Below, in pieces: positions 51,360-61,117 of a stretch of 64,000 bases of DNA (position 1 is its first letter; every line of letters starts with the position of its first letter). The notes beneath the pieces were generated by a model that did not search any database, was not told where the DNA came from, and saw nothing but the letters and a program-made list of their open reading frames with translations. Source of the DNA: Opitutia bacterium (GTDB taxonomy: Bacteria; Verrucomicrobiota; Verrucomicrobiia; Opitutales; Opitutaceae); assembly GCA_947478395.1 (NCBI GenBank), contig CANJVR010000003.1, positions 256,001-320,000 on the forward strand. Reading direction: 5' to 3'. A program made the position numbers and the translations under genes.

Positions 51360-53696
51360 TCAGTGTTCGACGTTTTCCCGTTTGAGTCCGCGCATCACCG
51401 CGGCGCTGCCGGCTAGCACGAGCCCAAACAGCGCGACCGCGATCGCGGTCGCCCGACCGACTTGGAATTCCTTGAACATCGATGTCACCATCAGCGTGCC
51501 GAGCGTGTGCGTGCTGCTGTCGGGGTCCTGCGACGTGAGCAGCCAGATCATCTCAAATGCATTGAGTCCACCGATCACGATGAACACCGCGGAAATCACC
51601 ACGACCTCCCAAATCAAGGGCAGCGTGATCATGAAAAACTGCCGTCCCGCCGACGCTCCGTCGAGATCAGCCGCCTCGTACAATTGCGAGTCGATGCCCT
51701 CCATCGCCGCGAGATAGAGAATCAAATTAAAGCCACACGCCATCCAGACATAGATGGGAATAAGTGCACCATAGAGGTGGCGTTGCGCGAGCCAGGGATA
51801 GCCGTCGAAACCGCGCAGCCAGTCGCTGCCGAGCACATTGCCGAGCGCCACCAAGCCCGCATTAACCAAACCGCCATGCGGTTCATAGGCACTCATCCAT
51901 AGCAAGGTCGCCGCGATCCCACCGATGAGATTGGGAAACAAAAACACCGCGCGAAACACCCGCGCGCCCCACACGCCGCGATGCAGCAAATACGCGAACA
52001 GCAGCGCAAGCGGCAACACGACGAGCGCAGGCACAACCATCAGATAGAGGTTATTTTTCAGCGCGAACCAGAACAGATCGCTCTCGAAGAGGAGCCATTT
52101 GAAATTGAAGGCGCCGGACCACGTCCGCGGACCGAGTCCATCCCACCGCGTAAACGCCCAGGCGAATGCCGCGATCCCGGGCGCGAGTACCAGCGCAGCG
52201 TAGAGCAAAAACGCGGGCCCGACGAATCCCACCGCCACCGGCCCACGGAGCCGTCCGAAAAAACCGGCTCTCATCTCGGCCACGGCGGACTTCCTTTCAG
52301 CCTGATGACGCACGTTCTTTCTAAACTGACCGATTTTTTGCCAAAGCAGCCACCCTCCAAATCCCGCCAACGCGAGCAACAACACCGTCCCGGCAAGTGG
52401 ATGCCGGTAGTCGATGTCGTCGGGTCGGTCCGCGTGCGCGCGATCGGTCGCGGCGGCCGATTCGAGCCGGGCCCCGTACTGCGTCGGCGTAATTTGACCC
52501 GTCATCAATTCCATATGCGCATCGATCTGCGTCTGTCGCACGGTCGGGGTCTGCAACATGACCTGCGGCATGTTGAACGCGGCGCTCGCCCCCGCGATGA
52601 GTTCGGCCGTTGAACGCATGCGCGGCGAAAACGCCTCCACTGGCACGCCGCGCATGGCCACCGGCGAATCCACCGCCCGCACAAAAGCCGCCGCCCGGCT
52701 GCGTGAAGTCAGGAAGCGCAGAAAATCGACCGTGAGTTTTTCCCGCGCCGGATCGCCGGTCGAAAAAAGAAAAAAACAATCGGCGCTCGCCTGGATCGTA
52801 GCCGCGGCGGCTGCGCCCTCCGGAAATACCGGGAAATTCATCACACCGACGTCAAAATCGGCCGGGATTTTTCCTTCCATCTCGTGAATCATCCACGAAC
52901 CCGAGACGGTCATGGCCGAGCGCCCTTCGAGGAACGCCAGCTGCGCCGTCGTGTGCGTGGCGCCTTCCCAACCGCGCAGCGTGTAGTTCTGCGCGATGCG
53001 CTGCAACACGTCGGCCGCACGCGCATAACGTGGATCCGCGTAAGCTCCCGGCGCGAGCTCTCCGACCGCGTTCCACGCCGCGGGGCCCCCCAAGTTGAAG
53101 AAGGCCGAGCGCAAGAACGCGTTCGGATATTTCCAATAAATTCCGGTGAGACTGAGAGGCGCGACGCCCGTCACTTTGATTTTTTCGCAGAGCGCAAAAA
53201 ATTCATCCCACGTGCGCGGCTCCTTCCAGCCGTGCGCCTGAAAAAGCCCGCGGTTGTAGAAAATACTCCAACACGCGTAGGTGAACGGCAGCCCGTAGGG
53301 TTTGCCATCGACCACCCAGGATTCGAGCGCACCCGGGAGAAAAGTATCCCGCCAACGGGCGTCGCCCTCCCAATTGGGCCCATCGAGCCAGGGCGTTAGA
53401 TCGCGAAGTTTTCCGGCGTGCACCAGGGCCGGGACGAGCAGATCGCGGGGCAAAGTGGCGTCGGGCAAATCGCCATCGATGATCCGGACCCGAAGTTTAT
53501 CCGTGATGCGCGGGTCACCATAGAGTTTCACCGTCACGCCGGGCCGGAGGGCTTCGAACTGGCGCGCGGTTTCCTCGTAAAAAGCGATTCCGTAGCCACC
53601 AAAAACGACGGGGATGTCGATTTCGGTCGCGCGGGCAAAGGTCAATCCGAGCATCAGACCCACGATTGAAAGATAGAGACGGAGATGTGGCCTCAT
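51360..53696 (-). CDS. Fused sugar-binding protein and ABC permease (MalF-like)
   Basis: N-terminal signal and SBP (IFYNRGLF..PRTWDEF, FLEGRSAM); C-terminal permease with LYEAADLDGA. Confidence 0.9.
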   Translation of the reverse strand: MRPHLRLYLSIVGLMLGLTFARATEIDIPVVFGGYGIAFYEETARQFEALRPGVTVKLYGDPRITDKLRVRIIDGDLPDATLPRDLLVPALVHAGKLRDLTPWLDGPNWEGDARWRDTFLPGALESWVVDGKPYGLPFTYACWSIFYNRGLFQAHGWKEPRTWDEFFALCEKIKVTGVAPLSLTGIYWKYPNAFLRSAFFNLGGPAAWNAVGELAPGAYADPRYARAADVLQRIAQNYTLRGWEGATHTTAQLAFLEGRSAMTVSGSWMIHEMEGKIPADFDVGVMNFPVFPEGAAAAATIQASADCFFLFSTGDPAREKLTVDFLRFLTSRSRAAAFVRAVDSPVAMRGVPVEAFSPRMRSTAELIAGASAAFNMPQVMLQTPTVRQTQIDAHMELMTGQITPTQYGARLESAAATDRAHADRPDDIDYRHPLAGTVLLLALAGFGGWLLWQKIGQFRKNVRHQAERKSAVAEMRAGFFGRLRGPVAVGFVGPAFLLYAALVLAPGIAAFAWAFTRWDGLGPRTWSGAFNFKWLLFESDLFWFALKNNLYLMVVPALVVLPLALLFAYLLHRGVWGARVFRAVFLFPNLIGGIAATLLWMSAYEPHGGLVNAGLVALGNVLGSDWLRGFDGYPWLAQRHLYGALIPIYVWMACGFNLILYLAAMEGIDSQLYEAADLDGASAGRQFFMITLPLIWEVVVISAVFIVIGGLNAFEMIWLLTSQDPDSSTHTLGTLMVTSMFKEFQVGRATAIAVALFGLVLAGSAAVMRGLKRENVEH

Positions 53697-53817
53697 CGCC
53701 CGACCCTTTCATTCGTGGGAATTGGAAACTGCACGCCCGAAGAATCCATGGGCATTCAACCGCGGTCGCAACTCATCCGTTGCGCCCGCTTCCTTTGCGC
53801 GCGGCGATTGCTCCGCC

Positions 53818-54306
53818 TCATTTTTTCTGGTCAAAGCTATTCAGAAAATCATCGAACACCTGCCGCGCCGCCACACGCTCGGCGGGATCGAGTTTGCCGT
53901 CGTGGTTGAGGTCGAAGCGTTCCATCAGCCGTGCCCGAAACGCCGCCTGCCCCTCAGCCAGCGCTTTCCGCATCGCGGCTCGCTCTTCCTCGTCCAGACG
54001 GCCGTCGCGATTAGTGTCGAACCGCTCAAGAATTTTTTCTCGGGCCTCGGGCGCTGTGCCTTCCATCCGCGCCATCTGTTCGTCCCGCATGATTTCGTGA
54101 GCGTCGGCGAGTTCGTCCTCATCGAGTTTCCCGTCCCCGTTTTTATCGAAGCGTTTCAACAGATCCGCGTCACGCGCGGAAAGATTCGCCCGGGGTGCAT
54201 CCGCCGCGGGCGGAGCCATGGCCGACGACGGCTCTGCCGCCCGCAGGGCGAGAGCCAGAAAAAGCGTTGCCGCAAAGTAAGGGGGGAATAGACCAAGGTT
54301 TTTCAT
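53818..54306 (-). CDS. Secreted EF-hand protein
   Basis: Signal peptide; three loops DKNGDGKLDEDE, DTNRDGRLDEEE, DLNHDGKLDPAE. Confidence 0.85.
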   Translation of the reverse strand: MKNLGLFPPYFAATLFLALALRAAEPSSAMAPPAADAPRANLSARDADLLKRFDKNGDGKLDEDELADAHEIMRDEQMARMEGTAPEAREKILERFDTNRDGRLDEEERAAMRKALAEGQAAFRARLMERFDLNHDGKLDPAERVAARQVFDDFLNSFDQKK

Positions 54307-54401
54307 GGGTAATAAGACTGAAACATTGCGACGCGCAGCGTCCGCCGGCAAGACGCCGACCCTCTTCCAAGGTCGCAGTCAAACCGCCTAATACGACTGC
54401 G

Positions 54402-54752
54402 ATGTTTCAAGTCACTTTTTCTTCCCAAGCGATGCACGAGCTCAACCGGCTCGACCAGCTGCTACAACTCGACCTGGTCGAACCGATCAGCGCGCTAAAA
54501 CCATCGGATCTGGCGCAGCCGCGTGAGCCGCTGGGGCGGTTTCATCGGGCGGGAAAAGAATTTTACCGGCTACGCGCGGGGGATTTTCGTTTCTATTTCG
54601 ACGCGTTCGGCGAGGCCCTGCACGTCCACTACATCCTCCACAAAAATTCCCTAGAGGACTTTCTGTTGCGCAACAAGTTACCTGTTTCTGAACAGCAACT
54701 CGTCGAGCAACACTCGAAATTCTGGAAATATCTCGAGAGCCTCACCAAATGA
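54402..54752 (+). CDS. RelE/ParE-like fold protein
   Basis: FQVTFSSQAMHEL and YRLRAGDFRFYF RelE-type strands; 116 aa. Confidence 0.7.
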   Translation: MFQVTFSSQAMHELNRLDQLLQLDLVEPISALKPSDLAQPREPLGRFHRAGKEFYRLRAGDFRFYFDAFGEALHVHYILHKNSLEDFLLRNKLPVSEQQLVEQHSKFWKYLESLTK

Positions 54753-55675
54753 ACCTTCGTCGTCGTCGCCCATCTCCGGCCGAGCGCGCCGCCGTCGAGG
54801 ACGACATCGCGCAGCGGGAAGATCCCTATAACGTCACGCGGGCGAGCCGGATCTATTTCCTGCCAAACCTGATGACGGCGGGGAATCTCTTCTGCGGTTT
54901 CATGGCGGTGGTGAACTGCATTCAGGCTCGTCTCGCCGAAACCTCGCTTACCGGCGAATATCTGGGCTCCACGCCGGCCGAGCACTACCGGTACGCTGTG
55001 TGGTTCATTTTTGGCGCCGCCGCCTGCGATGCTCTCGACGGGCGGCTGGCCCGGATGGGGGGACGCGAGTCGTTGTTCGGCGCGGAGTTCGATTCGCTCG
55101 CCGATGTCGTTTCCTTCGGCATGGCCCCGGCACTGATGATGTTGTTTTTCATCCTGTCGCCCACGCAAGGCCGCCCACCATGGTTTAGAAACATCGGCGG
55201 GTTTGTCGGGTTTGTCTATTTGCTGTGCGCCGCGATGCGTCTAGCGCGTTTCAACGTCATCACCAACCCATTGCTCCACCGCGGGAAAAAAGATTCCAAC
55301 AAGGATTTTATCGGGCTGCCGGTTCCCGCCGCGGCTGGGACGGTGGCTGCCGTCATGCTCTTTCTGCTCAAACTCGCCGATGCAGACAAGTCGTTGAACA
55401 AATTCGCCCTCGTGCTCCCGCCACTCATGCTGCTGATCGCCGTCTTGATGATGAGCACCGTACGTTATCCCAGTGGAAAAGTCATAGATCTCCAGACCAC
55501 CACTTCATTACTACCGTTTGTCCTGTTTCTGGCGTTTGCCGGGTTGATGGTGTTTTTCAAAGAAGAGGCGCTGCTGGTCGCATGGCTGGGTTATATTTTC
55601 TTCGGGCTGATCCGTCACGTGCGACGGGGCCGGGGGGGCCCCCGGATCAATTCTCCGCCGTCCAATAGCGTGTGA
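54749..55675 (+). CDS. pssA: CDP-diacylglycerol--serine O-phosphatidyltransferase
   Basis: LPNLMT, DALDGRLAR..GAEFDSLADVVSFG.AP, RLARFN, FIGLPVP. Confidence 0.9.
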   Translation: MNLRRRRPSPAERAAVEDDIAQREDPYNVTRASRIYFLPNLMTAGNLFCGFMAVVNCIQARLAETSLTGEYLGSTPAEHYRYAVWFIFGAAACDALDGRLARMGGRESLFGAEFDSLADVVSFGMAPALMMLFFILSPTQGRPPWFRNIGGFVGFVYLLCAAMRLARFNVITNPLLHRGKKDSNKDFIGLPVPAAAGTVAAVMLFLLKLADADKSLNKFALVLPPLMLLIAVLMMSTVRYPSGKVIDLQTTTSLLPFVLFLAFAGLMVFFKEEALLVAWLGYIFFGLIRHVRRGRGGPRINSPPSNSV

Positions 55676-55880
55676 ACAAACGGTGCACCACGTGAGAGCA
55701 ATTTCAGCGTTGCGAATAACCGCTGATTTTAGGGTCCCAAACGGAATGTTTTTCACGGCGTCAAACCCCGCTTTTCCCGAATGAAAACCGCCAGTTACTA
55801 GAGTTGTTCGCAGCCCATATGGATAGGGATATAATTCCTTATTGAAGATGTATTCTTTTAGACTTTGTTAGTTTCTTCGT
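55671..55880. other. Candidate replication origin / DnaA-regulated region
   Basis: DnaA-box-like 9-mers at 55671, 55711, 55749, 55804 and 55818, then an AT-rich tract before dnaN. Confidence 0.45.
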
Positions 55881-55904
55881 CGGACCTTCGCCGCCACCTC
55901 TTTC

Positions 55905-57029
55905 ATGAAATTCAAAATCAACCGCGACCATTTTGCCAACGGCCTTGCCCAAGTGCTTAACGTCGTTGGGTCTAAAGCAACCATGCCGATCCTCAGCAAT
56001 GTGTTGATCGAGGCCGAAAAGGATCAGATTTCACTTTCCACCACGAATCTGGACTTGGGGATTCGCTGTAAAATTAAGGCCGAGGTGAAGGAGACGGGTG
56101 CCGTGACCCTCCCGGTCAAACGTTTGGCCACAATTGTCCGGGAATTGCCTAGTGTGGACGTTTCCTTCGACGGTGCCCCAAATCATCAGGTCAAACTCGC
56201 TTCTGGCGGATCGACGTTTCGCATCATGGGTATCGGCAAAGAAGAATTCCCGCCGTTGCCGGAATTCGGCGATGAAAAAGCCTATACCCTGGAGCAGAGC
56301 GAGTTGATTGGGATGCTGAAGAGCGTTTCGTACGCACAATCCACCGACGAAACTCGTTACATCCTCAACGGCGTTTATTTCAACTTCCGCGATGGGAAAC
56401 TTACGCTGGTGGCGACGGATGGCCGTCGCCTCGCGCATATTTCAAAAGACATGGAAGTACCCGAGGCGAGTGCCGGTGCGATCATTCTACCGGCCAAAAC
56501 GGTTTCGGAACTCAACCGGTTGCTCGACAAGGGCACGAAGGTGAAAATCAACTTCAACGAACGCCGGGCGGCGTTTCAGATTGCGACAGACAAGGACACG
56601 AGCGGCCTGATCGATCACGTTTACCTCTACTCCAAAGTCGTCGAAGGCAATTACCCGAATTATCAGCAGGTTATTCCGAAGGAAACGCATCAGCGCATTA
56701 AACTGGAGCGGGAATTTTTTCTCCAGTGTGTGCATCGCGCAGCGCTGGTGTGTTCGGAAAAGGCGAACTCCGTCAAAATCAAGATCACAAGCAATCTCCT
56801 CGAAATTTTCGCGCAGAGTTCGGATTTCGGCGAAGCGCACGAATCAATGGCCATCGGTTACAGCGGTCCTGACCTCCAGGTGGCATTCAATCCTGCGTTT
56901 ATCATGGATCCGCTTAAAGCGCTGACCAAGGACGAGGTTTATTTCGAAGTGAAAGACGAAGTCAGCCCAGGTGTTTTCAAAACCCTCGACAGCTTTATCT
57001 GCGTGATCATGCCGGTGCGGTTGAGCTGA
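55905..57029 (+). CDS. dnaN: DNA polymerase III beta clamp
   Basis: [47 protein letters not shown]. Confidence 0.97.
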   Translation: MKFKINRDHFANGLAQVLNVVGSKATMPILSNVLIEAEKDQISLSTTNLDLGIRCKIKAEVKETGAVTLPVKRLATIVRELPSVDVSFDGAPNHQVKLASGGSTFRIMGIGKEEFPPLPEFGDEKAYTLEQSELIGMLKSVSYAQSTDETRYILNGVYFNFRDGKLTLVATDGRRLAHISKDMEVPEASAGAIILPAKTVSELNRLLDKGTKVKINFNERRAAFQIATDKDTSGLIDHVYLYSKVVEGNYPNYQQVIPKETHQRIKLEREFFLQCVHRAALVCSEKANSVKIKITSNLLEIFAQSSDFGEAHESMAIGYSGPDLQVAFNPAFIMDPLKALTKDEVYFEVKDEVSPGVFKTLDSFICVIMPVRLS

Positions 57030-57070
57030 TCGCACGATTGGACTTTGGCTGAAGTAAGTCCTTTTTTTCG

Positions 57071-57949
57071 ATGGATACGCAGTATCTGATTCTCGGTGGG
57101 ATCATCGTTTCCTTGGTGTTGGTTCAGCTCAATCAGCGGCTGGCATCGCCGTTGCTGGCGATCGCTGACCGATGGTTGCGTTGGGTGGTCTTCGCTTTCG
57201 GTGCGGCGCAGCTATGTCGCGATTTTGATTTGATCGATCGGCAATATCCCGTGCTCGTCGCGGCGTTTTTCCTTTTTTGGTTTCTCGGCGAAACGCTTTA
57301 CAACTGGCTTGCTATCTCCGCCCTCAGCGTGAGTCCGCTACCGTTGTTTCCTCGCTATACCATCAACTCCAGCGGCGAAGAATGGCCGGTGCAGCCTCGC
57401 CTCCTGAAAATTCGCGAATGGCTCCGGGCGCAGGGCTTCCGCCAGACCCAGGCACTTAAGGTTGAGGTCGGGGGAGGCGTTTATCTTCGCGTATCGGTTT
57501 ACCAGGACGCCACGGCGTCCTTGCGCATCGAGGTGACGTTTCTGCCGCAGGCCAACGGCGCCATCGGACTTTGTTTTACACTGACGAGTGTCACGGCCAC
57601 CGGGCTGCGTTACGTCACCGATAATCTTACGACGCCGTTCGCGGGTTTTTATCCGGAGAATTGGTGCGTTGAGCGCCGGCCTTGGAGTCGTTCGTTGTCG
57701 CATTTGCTGGGCCGACACCGGGCACGACTCGCGGCCGCAGGGGTAACGCCGGTGCCTTTCACCATCGAGCCGCTGCCGGATCTCAATCTGGCTCAAAGCG
57801 AACTGGACCGGCTCAACACCGAACTCGGTTTCTTGCATCCGCATCCCGAACGCGAAGATTTCGGCAAGATCACTCACGAGGGCCGCTATCGCGTCTGGAA
57901 AGAGATCTGGATGCTTAACTACCTCGGCCGCGCCGCGCGGTATCAATAG
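57071..57949 (+). CDS. Hypothetical membrane protein
   Basis: 292-aa ORF with about three N-terminal TM segments, co-oriented after dnaN. Confidence 0.7.
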   Translation: MDTQYLILGGIIVSLVLVQLNQRLASPLLAIADRWLRWVVFAFGAAQLCRDFDLIDRQYPVLVAAFFLFWFLGETLYNWLAISALSVSPLPLFPRYTINSSGEEWPVQPRLLKIREWLRAQGFRQTQALKVEVGGGVYLRVSVYQDATASLRIEVTFLPQANGAIGLCFTLTSVTATGLRYVTDNLTTPFAGFYPENWCVERRPWSRSLSHLLGRHRARLAAAGVTPVPFTIEPLPDLNLAQSELDRLNTELGFLHPHPEREDFGKITHEGRYRVWKEIWMLNYLGRAARYQ

Positions 57950-58007
57950 ATTTGAGAACCGTGTCCGTATTTGTCGGCGGCTAGTTTACAATTTTCTGAA
58001 ATAGACG

Positions 58008-58790
58008 CTAGCGCAGTTCGATCCAATCCGGCGTGGAGTATTGCTCCACCAACGCGCTCACTTCGTCTTCGTTAAATTCCGGCCAGGGGGTCGCGACGGC
58101 TTCGGTTTGTAACGCTGCGGCCAGCCGTTGGGAAAACGCTTGTTCAAAAGATTCCCAATCAAAGTCAGTCGCGTCGATCGCCGGCCGCCAGATCGAACCC
58201 TGAAACAGCAGACCGTGCTTGTTTCGCTTCTGCGCTGCGCCGGCGATTTTTTCACCGGTGCCCGCGTGAACGACATCGAAGACTTCCGCTCGTTGAAAAC
58301 ATACGCCCTCGACCGCCGCTTCTGCGCCGGCCGAGCGGTCGGGATTTTTTTTCTGCGGCCGGGACGAAAAGGAAAGAGCATCGGTGGTGGCACATTTAGC
58401 CGACGCGCATGGTTTGATGGCGGCATTCACGCCTTGGGCCTGTAAGGCGGCGGCGAGACATTCATGGATCGCGCGATAACTTTCCGTCGCGCGCTGTTCT
58501 TCCAGCGCATGCCCGCGAGGAATCACCAGCGCATACGTCCAATCCTCTCGATGGTCGACGATGCCGCCGCCGGTCGGCCGCCGGCACTGTTCGCCGGGCT
58601 CGGCGGTGGAAAGTTGCTCGCGCACGAAGGCGATTTTCTGGCTGTAACCAAAGGTCCACGCCGGTCGGTGCCAGCCGTAGTGGCGAAACCGGGCGACGCC
58701 GGAATCCGGGTAACGTTGCAGCATCAAAAAATCGATCGCCATGTTTTCGGCGGCGCTGGCGCGACGGCTGGGCAAAACGGCGAGTCTCAT
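58008..58790 (-). CDS. Lipoate-protein ligase A family protein
   Basis: NMAID, RRPTGGGIVDH, KIAGAAQKR, LFQGSI. Confidence 0.88.
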   Translation of the reverse strand: MRLAVLPSRRASAAENMAIDFLMLQRYPDSGVARFRHYGWHRPAWTFGYSQKIAFVREQLSTAEPGEQCRRPTGGGIVDHREDWTYALVIPRGHALEEQRATESYRAIHECLAAALQAQGVNAAIKPCASAKCATTDALSFSSRPQKKNPDRSAGAEAAVEGVCFQRAEVFDVVHAGTGEKIAGAAQKRNKHGLLFQGSIWRPAIDATDFDWESFEQAFSQRLAAALQTEAVATPWPEFNEDEVSALVEQYSTPDWIELR

Positions 58791-58986
58791 GCGAAGATCA
58801 AGGATCTAGGCGGCGAGCCGTTGCGAGAATGATCCCGCGATGACGGATTTTTTGGTCTCCTGGTTCGACGTCGCGGGGAAAAAATCGATCAAAATGGAGA
58901 ATCTGTGCACGGTGATGGAGTAGGTGATTTCGATCTTAAGGTGGGTCGGGTTGAGGATAACCCATCAGACCTTTTCCAACGCCTGA

Positions 58987-60234
58987 TTAGCCCGAAAAGC
59001 TCGTCATCAATTCCGCGTAAATTTTGGCGGTGGCAGCCAGCTCTTTCACTGAAGCGCGTTCGTCGATTGCGTGATAATCCTCACCCACGGGTCCGTAACC
59101 GAGCGTCGGAATTTTCAAGTGGCTCGCGAAAAAATGCATGTCGTTGAAGCCGCTCGAGACATTGAAGACCGAGGGAGCCCGGCGCACGCGGGCGACGATC
59201 GCGCCCATCGCCTTGAAAAATGGCTGTGTGGGTGGAGAAAAACACGCGAAGTTTTCCGAAATTTTTGCGATACTGATCCGGCATTGCGGAATCTTTTTCG
59301 CCGCCGCGGCGAGCGCGGCGCGGAGTTCGCGTTCGGCTGTTGCGTGGTTTTCCACCGCCAGCACACGACGATCAATCGTGAAGGTCGCGGTGCCGGGGAC
59401 GGTGTTGATCTTCGCGCCTTCGCCGCAGCCGAAAACGCCACCTATATTCATCGTGGGGACCATGACCCGGCCTTCCGGCGTCTTGAACTTCCGCCGCGCG
59501 AGCTGCCGTTTGTAGTCGTCCAACGCCAGCACGAGCGCCGACATTTTCTCGAGGGCGTTAATGCCCTTTTCGGGTATCGAGCCATGCGCCGCGCGACCCT
59601 GCACGGTAACTTCCAGCCACACGACGCCGTTGTGTCCGCAACACACCGCCGGGCCTTCGCCGCCTTCCATCACGACCGCGTAGTCGGGTCGAATCGGTGC
59701 GTGATCGACCAGCCACCCAGTGCCGAGCACCGAGTCGGTTTCCTCGTCGGCCGTGAAAGAGACTTCGAGATTCATCGGCCGCGCGGTGCCCGTGGCCTGC
59801 AACGCCCGCAAAGCCATCAACAGGCACGCGATGGAGCCCTTCATGTCGGCCGTCCCGCGGCCATAAATCCAGCCGCGATCAACGATGCCACTGAAGGGAC
59901 TGCCGTGACGCCAACGGCCGGAAACCGGCACCACATCGTAGTGGGCGTTGAAATGGAGGGTTTTCTTGGCGCCGGGCGAAGCGAGTTTGCCGAGGACGTT
60001 GTACCGGGGGAAACGGTACTGTGCGGGCGGCAGGCTTTTCTTGAGCAAGGCCGGCGGAATCGCGTAGCGCTTCGCGGTGAGGCCGAGCGCGGTCAGTTTT
60101 GCCGTCAGCAACCCCGTGATTGCGTCGTAATTTTCGCCCGGCGGATTCACCGTCGATATGTTCACGAGCTGGGTGAGGTCGCCCAGCAGTACGCCGGCAT
60201 GACGGTCGATAAAATCAGCGGGAGACAATGGCAT
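58987..60234 (-). CDS. M20 metallopeptidase (ArgE/DapE family)
   Basis: TVNPPG, NAHYDVVP, GRGTADMKG, DEE, AAHGS, HAIDE. Confidence 0.9.
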   Translation of the reverse strand: MPLSPADFIDRHAGVLLGDLTQLVNISTVNPPGENYDAITGLLTAKLTALGLTAKRYAIPPALLKKSLPPAQYRFPRYNVLGKLASPGAKKTLHFNAHYDVVPVSGRWRHGSPFSGIVDRGWIYGRGTADMKGSIACLLMALRALQATGTARPMNLEVSFTADEETDSVLGTGWLVDHAPIRPDYAVVMEGGEGPAVCCGHNGVVWLEVTVQGRAAHGSIPEKGINALEKMSALVLALDDYKRQLARRKFKTPEGRVMVPTMNIGGVFGCGEGAKINTVPGTATFTIDRRVLAVENHATAERELRAALAAAAKKIPQCRISIAKISENFACFSPPTQPFFKAMGAIVARVRRAPSVFNVSSGFNDMHFFASHLKIPTLGYGPVGEDYHAIDERASVKELAATAKIYAELMTSFSG

Positions 60235-60247
60235 GGTGAACGGAGCC

Positions 60248-61015
60248 TCAATGCGAACGCGTCAGGGCCACATAGGCTAGCCGCGCGATCGTCAGCGCGA
60301 CCATGGTCAGAAATACCGGGCGAATGAAGCGAGCGCCTTTTTTGACCACCAGCCCAGCTCCGATGCGCGCACCGGCGATTTGCCCGACCGCCATTACGCC
60401 ACCGACCCGCCATGCAACGTGATCGGCCGAGATGAAAATAAGCAGCGAGGCGAAATTGCTGGTGACGTTCAGCACTTTGGTGTGGCCAGTCGCGGCTAGG
60501 AAATCCTGCCCGAGCAGCAGCACGAGTGCGATCGTCCAAAACGAGCCGGTGCCCGGCCCAAAAAAACCATCGTAGAAGCCGAGGCCTAATCCGGCGGCGA
60601 CGAAAAAAACTCCGGGCGCGAGACGGGCTGGATGTTTATCCCGTCCAAGTTCCGGCCGCACGATGGTATAAATCAAAATCGCCCCGAGCAGCCAGGGGAT
60701 AAACCAGGTGAGGATGCCCGCATCGATGCGCTGCACCGTCCACGCCCCCGCCAGCGCCCCGATGAAGGTCATCGCGATGCCAAAACGGCAAGCCCGCCAA
60801 TCGATCACCCCACTGCGCGAGTAGTGCCACGTTGCCATGCTGCTGCCGAAAACCGACTGCAGCTTATTGGTGCCCAGCGCTAGCGGCGGAGGGAATCCTA
60901 CGGTCAGCAACGCGGGCAGTGTGATCAAGCCCCCTCCGCCTGCCACGGCGTCGACCAGGCCTGCCACCAGCGCGACGGCGAACAGCAAAGGGTAGCTCCA
61001 CCATTCCAAAAGCAT
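60248..61015 (-). CDS. TauE/SafE (YfcA-like) sulfite exporter family membrane protein
   Basis: AGLVDAVAGGGGLITLPAL, ALGTNK, GFYDGFFGPGTGSF. Confidence 0.9.
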   Translation of the reverse strand: MLLEWWSYPLLFAVALVAGLVDAVAGGGGLITLPALLTVGFPPPLALGTNKLQSVFGSSMATWHYSRSGVIDWRACRFGIAMTFIGALAGAWTVQRIDAGILTWFIPWLLGAILIYTIVRPELGRDKHPARLAPGVFFVAAGLGLGFYDGFFGPGTGSFWTIALVLLLGQDFLAATGHTKVLNVTSNFASLLIFISADHVAWRVGGVMAVGQIAGARIGAGLVVKKGARFIRPVFLTMVALTIARLAYVALTRSH

Positions 61016-61023
61016 CGGACTAT

Positions 61024-61106
61024 TTGCTCATGGAACTCACGGAATACACGGAAATTTTCCGGAGGATTTCTGGTTTTTCCGTGTATTTCGCGGGTTCCGT
61101 GAGCAA
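61024..61106. repeat. 31-bp imperfect inverted repeat built from 9-bp CACGGAA-type units
   Basis: TTGCTCATGGAACTCACGGAATACACGGAAA versus the reverse complement of 61076..61106, 27/31 identical. Confidence 0.7.
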
Positions 61107-61117
61107 GTCTCCGCGGC

